NCBI GenBank assembly: GCA_035471785.1
Contig: DATIPQ010000083.1
Span: forward strand, 10,569-74,568
Length of the DNA stretch: 64,000 bases
Reading direction: 5' to 3'
Source: Acidobacteriota bacterium
GTDB lineage: Bacteria; Acidobacteriota; UBA6911; RPQK01; DATIPO01
Below are positions 13,073-20,985 of this stretch, piece by piece (positions within the stretch are counted from its first letter, which is position 1; the number at the start of each line of letters is the position of its first letter). The position numbers and the translations under genes were made by a program. The notes below the pieces were generated by a model. That model had not been told where the DNA came from and did no database searches. It was given only the letters and a program-made list of their open reading frames with translations.

Positions 13073-13609
13073 ATGAGCACGAGAGTGACGGGAATGATCA
13101 CGGTTTTGTTGCTGGCAGTGCTGACCCTGCCGCTGTGGGCGCAAGAAGAGGGATCGGCTCAAGAGGGCTTTGAGCTCATGAAGAGACTGGAGGGCGAATG
13201 GAAAGCTGAGGTCGATGGCGGCGAATCGACCGAAGTGAGCTATCGCCTTTACTCGGGCGGTACGGCGCTCTTCGAGCACTTCTTGCACGCGCCTTCGGAG
13301 CGGGGCGCCTTCGCGAGTCCCGAACAGGCGATGATGGTGAGCGCCATCTACGTCAACGGGGGACGTCTCTTCCTCGATCACTACTGCACCTCCGGCACCC
13401 AGCCCCGCCTGGCGGCCCGCCGTATCAGCGACGAGATGGTGGAGTTTGAATTCGAGACGCCGCAGCGGGGAGATCACGAAGGCCACATCCACCGTGCCGT
13501 TTTCCGCTTCCAGGATGACGATCATTTCACCAGCCAGTGGACCTGGCGTGACGAGCATGGCCAAGAGCACAGCAGCATGCGTCGCCATACCCGGCAGCAG
13601 ACCCGGTAG
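13073..13609 (+). CDS. Hypothetical secreted protein
   Basis: MSTRVTGMITVLLLAVLTLPLWAQEE signal peptide. The ORF-track start at 13022 lies inside the predicted promoter, so the ATG at 13073 is preferred. No family was recognised. Confidence 0.5.
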   Translation: MSTRVTGMITVLLLAVLTLPLWAQEEGSAQEGFELMKRLEGEWKAEVDGGESTEVSYRLYSGGTALFEHFLHAPSERGAFASPEQAMMVSAIYVNGGRLFLDHYCTSGTQPRLAARRISDEMVEFEFETPQRGDHEGHIHRAVFRFQDDDHFTSQWTWRDEHGQEHSSMRRHTRQQTR

Positions 13610-13653
13610 CTAGTGCTGCCGGTCATAAGTTCTGAGCCAGGGCCGCCGTTTTT

Positions 13654-13842
13654 TGTCCCTGACAGGGACAGATTCGCCAGCCCAGCGACTGTGTTCAAAG
13701 TCAAGTCCGGGCTCGCTGAAGGCGAGCGATTCGCCAGCCCAGGGTCAGCCCCGGCGAGCGCAAGCGAGACGGTGGCGCCACCCTGGGTTGCAGACGGCAA
13801 AGGTGCGAACGCTGAAAGCGTGGGATAACGCCACAGGGTGGC
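13654..13842. repeat. Structured non-coding repeat region
   Basis: Perfect 15-nt direct repeat GATTCGCCAGCCCAG at 13671-13685 and 13728-13742. Palindrome TGTCCCTGACAGGGACA at 13654-13670. Hairpin GCTCGC-TGAAG-GCGAGC at 13711-13727. 9-nt inverted repeat GCCACCCTG/CAGGGTGGC at 13777-13785 and 13834-13842. Confidence 0.6.
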
Positions 13843-13870
13843 TCAAAACTCCTGACGCACTGCATTAGGG

Positions 13871-14848
13871 TCAGTCGACCTGGCGGAAAGATCGGCTGAG
13901 GAAGGCGAACATGTCGTCCAGCTTCTGCACCACCAGGTCCCAGCCGTGGGGTCCTTGCTCGATGATTTCGAAGCGGTGCTCGATGCCTCGCTGGTCGAGA
14001 ATCTGATGAAGCTTGCGCACGCCTTCTTCCAGCGGCAGGGCTTGACCGTAGCGGTCGGCGGTTCCGTAGAAGAAATAGATGCCGAGACCGTCGTCCAGCG
14101 AGGCCTCTTGGGCCAGCTTCTCGAGGCTGTTGGCCAGCCAATGTTCGGTGTTGACCGGCGATCCGTAGAGTCCGCCCACCAGTCGGCGCAGGTACTGGGA
14201 CAGCCTTCCTTCGTCGTCGGGAATGGAGGCCAGCGGGTCGTCGCCCAGCAGAACGATGGGCGAGCCCGCCGCCACGGCGCTGAAGAGCTGGGGCTGCCTG
14301 AAGGCGATCTTGAGGGCTCCGTATCCGCCCATCGAGGTGCCGCCCAGGGCCCGTGCCGAACGCTCGCTGCGCAGGCGGTAGCGTTCTTCGGCGGCCTTGA
14401 TGACGTCTTCGTAGATGGCCCTTTCGTAGTGCACCGACCCGTCATGGGTGTCGGTGTAAAAGCCGCGTCCGCCGGAGGGATTGATGATCAGGAACTCGGG
14501 CAAGGTGCCGTCCAGCATCAACTGGGCCAGCCGCTCGGGAATGTTGCCGTAGCGTTCGACGGCCCAACTGGTGTGGTCGTTGAAGAGTCCGTGCAGGAAG
14601 TAGACGGCTGGAAAGCGGCGCTCCGGGGCCTTGTCGTAGGAGGGCGGCAGAAAGACGCTGTAATCGACGCTCTCTCCCATCGACTCCGACGAGAAGGTGT
14701 CGAACTCCACCCGTGCTCCTGCGGGCAGTTGGATCGTTTCGGGATTCTCCATCCGCCTGGGCTGGGCCCACAGCGAGCCGCAAAGAGCCGCCGCGGCCAC
14801 GGCCACCCCAAGCCAACGCACCTTAGCTTTGACGCTGTTTTTCATCAC
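13871..14848 (-). CDS. Secreted alpha/beta-hydrolase esterase (esterase D / enterochelin-esterase-like family)
   Basis: Signal peptide, FPAVYFLHGL, the nucleophile elbow GGTSMGGYGA, and a C-terminal GPHGW. Confidence 0.7.
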   Translation of the reverse strand: MMKNSVKAKVRWLGVAVAAAALCGSLWAQPRRMENPETIQLPAGARVEFDTFSSESMGESVDYSVFLPPSYDKAPERRFPAVYFLHGLFNDHTSWAVERYGNIPERLAQLMLDGTLPEFLIINPSGGRGFYTDTHDGSVHYERAIYEDVIKAAEERYRLRSERSARALGGTSMGGYGALKIAFRQPQLFSAVAAGSPIVLLGDDPLASIPDDEGRLSQYLRRLVGGLYGSPVNTEHWLANSLEKLAQEASLDDGLGIYFFYGTADRYGQALPLEEGVRKLHQILDQRGIEHRFEIIEQGPHGWDLVVQKLDDMFAFLSRSFRQVD

Positions 14849-14902
14849 TGACGGATTATACCCGTCACTCGCCGCTTCGTTCCATTTCTTCCAAGGCTCG
14901 GC

Positions 14903-15949
14903 TCAAAAGAGCAGGCGGGCGGCGGACTCGATCTTGGTGACGTAAGCGGGGACGGGGTAGCCGGGTTGGTTGAGGCCGGCCCAGGCATAGTCGCCCGGTG
15001 GCAAGGGACCTTGCAAACTGACCGTCACCGGGTGGAAATGCAGTTTGCGGAAGGTGATCTGGTGGCGGACGGGAGCCAGCGATTGCAGGCGCTTGAAGCG
15101 CAGTTTGTGATGCCTTGAAAAGACCGACAGGTCGTGGGCGTCGCGGGGCAGATCGACGCGGGGAAACTCCCACAATCCCTTGAGGAAAGGGGCGCTGTCG
15201 TCGCGGTGGAGCAGGAACTCTTCATCACGGCGGGCCACCGCCACCAGAAAATGAAACTCCTCGACCTTGCGCCGCTTTGACTTGACCGGCAGGTCCTGAG
15301 CGATTCCCTTCTCCAGACCGCGGCAACTGCCTTGAAGGGGACAACGGCGGCAGTCGGGGGAGCGGGGAGTGCAGATCAGGGCTCCCAGTTCCATCAGGGC
15401 TTGATTGAAGTCGGCCACCCGAGGACGCACGCGCTGGTCTTCCACACAGTCTTGCAGCCGGCTCCAGATTTCCTCCAGCCTCTTGCCCTTGAGTTCCTCC
15501 TCGACGGCCAGGTAGCGGGCCATGACGCGGCGCACGTTGCCGTCCACCACGGGGTGGGGCTGGTTGAAGGCGATGGAGCAGATGGCGCCGGCGGTGTAGC
15601 GTCCGATGCCGGGCAGGGCCAGCACGTCCTCATAGGCGCGGGGGAAGCGTCCGCCGTGCCGGCGGCAGATGGCCCGGGCCGCCTTGTGCAGGTTGCGGGC
15701 CCGGCGGTAGTAGCCCAATCCCGACCAAAGGGTCAGCACCTCATCGATGTCGGCGGCGGCCAGGGCCTCGATGTCGGGATAAGCCTCGATAAAGCGCTCG
15801 AAGTAAGGGAGGGCGGCCTTGATCTGGGTCTGCTGCAGCATGATCTCGGACAGCCAAACCCAGTAGGGGTCGGGATTGGCGCGCCAGGGAAGTTCCCTGC
15901 GCGCCGAGGCGTACCATTGCAGCAATGGGAGCGCCAGGTCTTCGATCAT
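14903..15949 (-). CDS. mutY: A/G-specific adenine DNA glycosylase MutY
   Basis: LPWR...PYWVWLSEIMLQQTQ, the HhH-GPD region LPGIGRYTAGAI, the 4Fe-4S cluster loop CTPRSPDCRRCPLQGSC, and a C-terminal NUDIX-like domain. Confidence 0.85.
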   Translation of the reverse strand: MIEDLALPLLQWYASARRELPWRANPDPYWVWLSEIMLQQTQIKAALPYFERFIEAYPDIEALAAADIDEVLTLWSGLGYYRRARNLHKAARAICRRHGGRFPRAYEDVLALPGIGRYTAGAICSIAFNQPHPVVDGNVRRVMARYLAVEEELKGKRLEEIWSRLQDCVEDQRVRPRVADFNQALMELGALICTPRSPDCRRCPLQGSCRGLEKGIAQDLPVKSKRRKVEEFHFLVAVARRDEEFLLHRDDSAPFLKGLWEFPRVDLPRDAHDLSVFSRHHKLRFKRLQSLAPVRHQITFRKLHFHPVTVSLQGPLPPGDYAWAGLNQPGYPVPAYVTKIESAARLLF

Positions 15950-17124
15950 GCGCGCTCAGCCAGCAGGAGCTTGGCGATGGTGGCCAACTGCATGTTGGAT
16001 GTGCCTTCGTAGATCTTGCCGATCTTGGCATCGCGGAAGTACTTCTCCACCGGGTATTCCTTAGTGTACCCGTATCCGCCATAGGTTTCCAACGCCACCG
16101 AGGCCACCCGCTCGGCCACCTGCGAAGTGAAGTACTTGCACATGGCGGCTTCTTTCACGAAGGGGCGTCCGGCGTCTTTGAGGCGGGCGCAGTTGTAGAC
16201 CATCAAGCGGGCCGCTTCCAGCTCGGCGGCGGCTTCGGCCAAAGGAAAGTGGACGCCCTGGAAGTCGGCGATCTTGCGTCCGAAGGCCTCCCGCTCCTGG
16301 GAATAGTCGAGTGCGCATTCCAGCGCTCCGCGGGCCAGGCCGATCATCTGGGCGCCGATGCCGATGCGGCCTTCGTTGAGGGTCTCGATGGCGATCTTGT
16401 ATCCCTTGCCCACCGGACCCAGCACATTGTCCTCAGGCACATGACAGTCCTCGAGGATGATCTCGCAGGTGGAGGAAGCGCGGATGCCCAGCTTGTCTTC
16501 TTTCTTGCCCACCGAGAAGCCGTCCATGTCTTTTTCAACCAGGAAGGCGGTGATGCCCTTGTAGCCCTTTTCGGGATCGGTTTGGGCGAAGACGATGAAG
16601 AGGTCGGCTTCCATGGCGTTGGTAATCCAAAGCTTCTGGCCGTTGAGCACCCAGTCGTCGCCGGCCTTGGCGGCCCGGCAGGTCATCTTGAAGGCGTCCG
16701 ACCCGGACCCGGCCTCGGAGAGGGCGTAGGCTCCCACCCATTGGGCGGCCATCTTGGGCAAGTAGCGCGACTTCTGTTCCTCTGAAGCCCATCGCATCAA
16801 GGCGTTGTTGACCAGGGTGTTCTGGACGTCCACGATGACTCCGGCGGAGGGGTCGACCACGCTCATTTCTTCCACCGCCAGGATGGACATGAAGAAGCTG
16901 GTGGCGGCGCCGCCGTACTCTTCGGGAATCTCGATCCCCATCAGTCCCAACTGAAAAAACTCCTCCACCAACTCGCGACGGAACTTGCCCTCCTGATCCA
17001 TCTCCTCGACGTGGGGCTTGAGGTTGGTTTTGGCGAAATCGGCGACCGTCTCCCGGAAGAGCTCTTCTTCCTCGCTCAGCACGGTCAGGGGCACAGGTCT
17101 TTCTTGGGCTTCTACGACGACCAT
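15946..17124 (-). CDS. Acyl-CoA dehydrogenase (short/branched-chain type)
   Basis: ALSEAGSGSDAF, WITNA and the C-terminal KIGKIYEGTSNMQ signature. Its stop overlaps the mutY start by 4 nt. Confidence 0.9.
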   Translation of the reverse strand: MVVVEAQERPVPLTVLSEEEELFRETVADFAKTNLKPHVEEMDQEGKFRRELVEEFFQLGLMGIEIPEEYGGAATSFFMSILAVEEMSVVDPSAGVIVDVQNTLVNNALMRWASEEQKSRYLPKMAAQWVGAYALSEAGSGSDAFKMTCRAAKAGDDWVLNGQKLWITNAMEADLFIVFAQTDPEKGYKGITAFLVEKDMDGFSVGKKEDKLGIRASSTCEIILEDCHVPEDNVLGPVGKGYKIAIETLNEGRIGIGAQMIGLARGALECALDYSQEREAFGRKIADFQGVHFPLAEAAAELEAARLMVYNCARLKDAGRPFVKEAAMCKYFTSQVAERVASVALETYGGYGYTKEYPVEKYFRDAKIGKIYEGTSNMQLATIAKLLLAERA

Positions 17125-17225
17125 AATATGTATCTCCTCCTTGTCAAGGCCTAAAGGCTCCTAAAAGGCCATTTTATCATTGTGCCATCCCGGACCGAAG
17201 GCCGCCTCTGCTATCATCGACGGCC

Positions 17226-18629
17226 ATGGTCAAGAAAGGTCAGACGCTGGAATTGGAGATCGAGTCGGCGGCTTTCGAGGGGTCCTCGGTGGCGCGCCAT
17301 GAAGGCATGGTGATCTTCGTGCGCAACGGCGTACCCGGCGACCGCATAAGAGGCCTGGTCATCCGCAAGAAGAAGCGTCACGCCGAGGCTGTTGTGGAGG
17401 AGGTATTGGAGCCGTCGCAGCAGCGGACCGATCCTCTCTGCGGCCACTTCGGCGTTTGCGGAGGCTGCACCTGGCAGAACTACGACTATCAGGGACAGTT
17501 GGATTCCAAGCGCCGCCAAGTGGGTGATTTGCTGCAGCGCATCGGACGCCTTAGCGATCTGGAGGTGCGGCCCACCTTGGCTTCGCCCGACATCTACTAC
17601 TACCGCAACAAGATGGAGTTCAGTTTCGGCAACGCCCGCTGGCTGACCAGAGAGGAGATCGAGAGCGGAGAGGATTTCGACCGCGACTTCGCCTTGGGGC
17701 TGCACATTCCCAAGCGCTTCGACCGCATCCTCGATCTTCACGAGTGCCATTTGCAGAGCGAGACCAGCGCCGCCATCGTCAATTTCGTGCGTCAGTTCGC
17801 CCGCCGTCGCCGGTGGAGCGCTTACGACACGCGCAACCACGCGGGATTTTTGCGCAACCTGGTCATCCGCGAGGGCAAGCGCAGCGGCCAGCGCCTGGTC
17901 AATCTGGTCACCAAGCGGTCGGAACCGGAACGCATGGAGGAAATCTGCCAGGCGCTGCTGGAGCGCTTTCCCGACCAGGTTTCGACCTTCGTCAACAGCG
18001 TCAACGAAACCCGTTCGCCGGTGGCCTCAGGAGATGAGACCGTCTACCATGGAGAGGGATCCATTCAGGAGCGGATCGGCGGCCACACCTTCCGCATTGC
18101 CCCCACGACGTTTTTTCAGCCCAACAGCCTGCAAGCCGAGCAGCTCTTCGGCGTGGCCCGGCAAATGGCGGACTTGAAGGGCGACGAGAAGGTCTTCGAC
18201 GTTTACTGCGGGGTGGGAGCCGTTTCCCTCTTCCTCTCCGACTCGGCCGCCCACATCACGGGCTTTGACCTGCACCGGCGGGCCATCGAGGATGCCGCCC
18301 GCAACGCCCTCGACAACGGCGTGAAAAACTGCCGCTTCCTGGCCATGGATGCCGTGGAAGCTTTGCAGCCGGGCGTCACCCGGCAATTGGGGCTGCCCGC
18401 GCTGGTGGTGCTCGATCCGCCCCGCACGGGACTGCACAAGGACGTGGCCAAAGCGCTGCTGGAAAGCAACGTCCCGCGCATCGTCTACATCAGCTGCAAC
18501 CCGGCCACCCAGGCCCGCGACCTGCAAATCCTCTCGCAAAGATACACAATAGAGGCCGTTCAACCGGTTGACATGTTTCCCCACACCTACCACATCGAGA
18601 ACGTGGTGGCGCTGCAACTGAGCGCCTGA
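17226..18629 (+). CDS. rlmD: 23S rRNA (uracil-5-)-methyltransferase RlmD/RumA family
   Basis: N-terminal TRAM domain, the Fe-S Cys cluster CGHFGVCGGCTWQ, and SAM-methyltransferase motifs DVYCGVGAVSL, DPPRTG and YISCNPAT. Confidence 0.85.
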   Translation: MVKKGQTLELEIESAAFEGSSVARHEGMVIFVRNGVPGDRIRGLVIRKKKRHAEAVVEEVLEPSQQRTDPLCGHFGVCGGCTWQNYDYQGQLDSKRRQVGDLLQRIGRLSDLEVRPTLASPDIYYYRNKMEFSFGNARWLTREEIESGEDFDRDFALGLHIPKRFDRILDLHECHLQSETSAAIVNFVRQFARRRRWSAYDTRNHAGFLRNLVIREGKRSGQRLVNLVTKRSEPERMEEICQALLERFPDQVSTFVNSVNETRSPVASGDETVYHGEGSIQERIGGHTFRIAPTTFFQPNSLQAEQLFGVARQMADLKGDEKVFDVYCGVGAVSLFLSDSAAHITGFDLHRRAIEDAARNALDNGVKNCRFLAMDAVEALQPGVTRQLGLPALVVLDPPRTGLHKDVAKALLESNVPRIVYISCNPATQARDLQILSQRYTIEAVQPVDMFPHTYHIENVVALQLSA

Positions 18630-18656
18630 GGTTCAGCGGCCGGCAATCGTAGCCGA

Positions 18657-19295
18657 TCAGGCCGTCAGCAGGAGCCAGCGCTTCCGATAGGCCAGATTTA
18701 CGGCCTCGGTGCGATTGCGGACCTTGAGCTTTCGCAGAATCTTGTGGATGTGCCTCCTCACCGTGTGTCTGGAAACGCATAGGGACCCCGAAATCTCTTC
18801 ATTGCTTCGTCCGCGGGCCACATGTCCAAGCACTTCCAACTCGCGGGGAGTCAACTTCAACGACCTCATCACGTTCAGTTGTTCCCTCTGAAAGGAGAGA
18901 TCGGAGAGACAGGCGAAGAGAGCGCTTGTCAGGCGGGGCGTCAATCCGGCGCTCTCGTCCATCAGCCAGTGAGTGAAACTCACTACCTCCTTGGGGGCGA
19001 AGCCGTCCAACCTGTAAAGCGACCCGGCAAAACTGGAGACGGTGGGGTCGGAAGAGGTCTCGAGATCGCAAAGGATGATGTTGATGCCTGGGTAATTGGT
19101 AACAGTACTGACGAACTTGGTTTTTTTGCATTCAAGCGAGCTGTCTTCCACGATTACGGCTTGGGGATGATTGCGCCGGATTGAGGCAAGCAAATCGTTG
19201 CCCTTGTTCAGAAACCCGGTTTTTTGAAATCCGGCCTTCCTGGCTGCCGAGGCGATGGCACTCCGCGATTTGTCTGTGCAGGCTACAAAAAGCAT
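18657..19295 (-). CDS. LuxR-family regulator with N-terminal receiver-like domain
   Basis: C-terminal LTPRELEVLGHVARGRSNEEISGSLCVSRHTVRRHIHKILRKLKV helix-turn-helix. The N-terminal receiver-like fold lacks the usual acidic pair. The internal ATG at 19295 is preferred. Confidence 0.75.
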   Translation of the reverse strand: MLFVACTDKSRSAIASAARKAGFQKTGFLNKGNDLLASIRRNHPQAVIVEDSSLECKKTKFVSTVTNYPGINIILCDLETSSDPTVSSFAGSLYRLDGFAPKEVVSFTHWLMDESAGLTPRLTSALFACLSDLSFQREQLNVMRSLKLTPRELEVLGHVARGRSNEEISGSLCVSRHTVRRHIHKILRKLKVRNRTEAVNLAYRKRWLLLTA

Positions 19296-19797
19296 GGATC
19301 TCTTCCAAGAAAGAAACTGAACCGTTCGCTTCCTCGCCGCTGGACGGAGGGCGCCGTGTTGACATTCCGGCCAATAAGCGGCCAACCCCTAAGGCAGTTT
19401 CCGCCTGGCAACACCAAGCCCGGTTCACTATTGCAATAAATATAGCTCTAAACAGCTATCGCCAGCAATCCTGAGCAACCCTGCGGGACGTTGGTCAGGC
19501 CTATCGCAAGGAGGATGAGCAGGAGGTTGAAGTGGCTTCCATCGGGAGCGTCGAGCTCCTCTGAAAGGTACGTCTTTACTGGATGTCCCTGGTCACGGCA
19601 GGTAGCCGGCAAAGCACGCGGCGGCCTCCGGATCCTGTACCAACCGAGTTAGCCCGCAAAGGGGTATCTGAATCTTTTTTGGACCACTCGATCCATAGCA
19701 AGTTGCGCAAAGTCCTGATAATATTTCTAAAATTAGCGAGCAGCCTCATACCGCCGAGAGCAAGTGGTCCTCCAGCTAGGTCGCTGAAACTTGATTC

Positions 19798-20208
19798 GTG
19801 TGTGAACTTGGTGGCCACTTGGTGGCCCTAGGGAGCCGTTTGGTGGTCCAAACACGCCTTCTACTCACTACCGACAGCGACTCCGAGCTTTTTCAAAGGC
19901 TAAAGGCGCGCGTCAGGACACATGGCGGCATTGATTTGGCTGCCGAAATGAGGACATCCGATCCAGTCGAGACGTTATTGGCGGTTGAGAATTATCAGCC
20001 TGACCTGCTGGTGATGTTTTCGGAGAATGCCGCAGTTCCTGGTATCTGCAGTCATCTTCTAGATCAGAATCCGCACATGGCTCTCATCGTCGTTCCAAGG
20101 TACCAGAAGCCCTTGTTGCTCACTCGAGAGACACTCGTGCAGGAACTTGACAGCGCCACTGAAGAGGAGATTCTCACAGCCATTCAGAATCTTAGGACGT
20201 CGCGTTGA
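19798..20208 (+). CDS. Stand-alone receiver-like (pseudo-receiver) protein, start uncertain
   Basis: RLLLTTDSDSELFQRL...QPDLLVMFSE...MALIVVPRY resembles a CheY-like fold. The true start may be the TTG at 19840. Its stop overlaps the next ORF. Confidence 0.35.
   Translation: MCELGGHLVALGSRLVVQTRLLLTTDSDSELFQRLKARVRTHGGIDLAAEMRTSDPVETLLAVENYQPDLLVMFSENAAVPGICSHLLDQNPHMALIVVPRYQKPLLLTRETLVQELDSATEEEILTAIQNLRTSR
19808..19848 (+). repeat. Three phased direct repeats TTGGTGG(C/T)C
   Basis: TTGGTGGCC at 19808 and 19819, and TTGGTGGTC at 19840. The spacings of 11 and 21 nt are close to one and two helical turns. They lie at or upstream of the start of the receiver-like ORF. Confidence 0.5.
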
Positions 20209-20246
20209 TCCGACAGCCGCCATTTTCACCGAAGGAGAAGAAGGCT

Positions 20247-20966
20247 ATGGGTCAAAAGACAGCTCTAGACAACAATCTCCGCGTTATCCTCGTAATTGGA
20301 CGGCAATATTTGCTCGATGCTCTCTCAAAACAGCTTGGCGACAGTTCGATTCTGGTGACCGGCTCGGCCACCAGCATGAGCAGGCTCAGGCACGAGGACA
20401 TCGGCGAGTCATCCGTCATGTTGCTGGTCGAAGCGGGTCCATCCACGGGGGGGTTGCCCTCAAACATCCGCAGGCTTCGCTCGGTCTGCCCGAATGTCAA
20501 GGTCCTCATTCTGGGATTGGAGGACTGCGAGCGGAAGATCCTGCAGTACGTCCAATCCGGGGCCTGCGGATATCTGCTCAAGAAGGAGTCCTTCGACGAC
20601 TTGGTGGGGGTCATCGAGGCAGCCTACAACAATGAGTTCAAGTGCGCGCCCAACATTGCTTCAAGGGTCATGGCGCGGATTCAGGAGCTGGTCAAGTCCT
20701 GCGATGGGACCATGGACACCGATCCCGAACTGACGCCTCGCGAACTTGAGATCCTGGAGCTGATCGCCGAGGGGTTGAGCAACAAGGAAATCGCGCAGCG
20801 CCTCGACATTTCTCCTTCCACCGTCAAAAATCACGTCCACAACCTTCTGGCCAAGCTCAAGGTGGGCCGCCGCGGAAAAGCGGTTTGGTGCGGATACGAA
20901 AAAGGCCTTCTCCGATCCCGATTCCTGGGCCAACTGAAAAGCGGCCTGGCCTCCGGTTCTGAGTGA
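20247..20966 (+). CDS. NarL/FixJ-type LuxR-family regulator with atypical receiver
   Basis: The receiver-like N-terminus has VMLLVEAG where a phospho-acceptor Asp is expected. C-terminal LTPRELEILELIAEGLSNKEIAQRLDISPSTVKNHVHNLLAKLKV. AGGAG lies upstream of the ATG at 20247. Confidence 0.75.
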   Translation: MGQKTALDNNLRVILVIGRQYLLDALSKQLGDSSILVTGSATSMSRLRHEDIGESSVMLLVEAGPSTGGLPSNIRRLRSVCPNVKVLILGLEDCERKILQYVQSGACGYLLKKESFDDLVGVIEAAYNNEFKCAPNIASRVMARIQELVKSCDGTMDTDPELTPRELEILELIAEGLSNKEIAQRLDISPSTVKNHVHNLLAKLKVGRRGKAVWCGYEKGLLRSRFLGQLKSGLASGSE

Positions 20967-20985
20967 AGCGGGACCCTTTGGCGGA

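Noticed and set aside
13613-14141. Short ORFs (71, 71, 92 and 146 aa) in the 13.6-14.1 kb region
   Set aside because: They overlap the repeat-bearing intergenic element or lie antisense to the esterase. Their Pro/Ala/Gly/Arg-rich translations and the lack of RBS support argue against coding.
19576-19831. Overlapping 80- and 82-aa ORFs on opposite strands in the regulator intergenic region
   Set aside because: They are mutually overlapping, show no RBS or family resemblance, and sit in a likely promoter/operator region.
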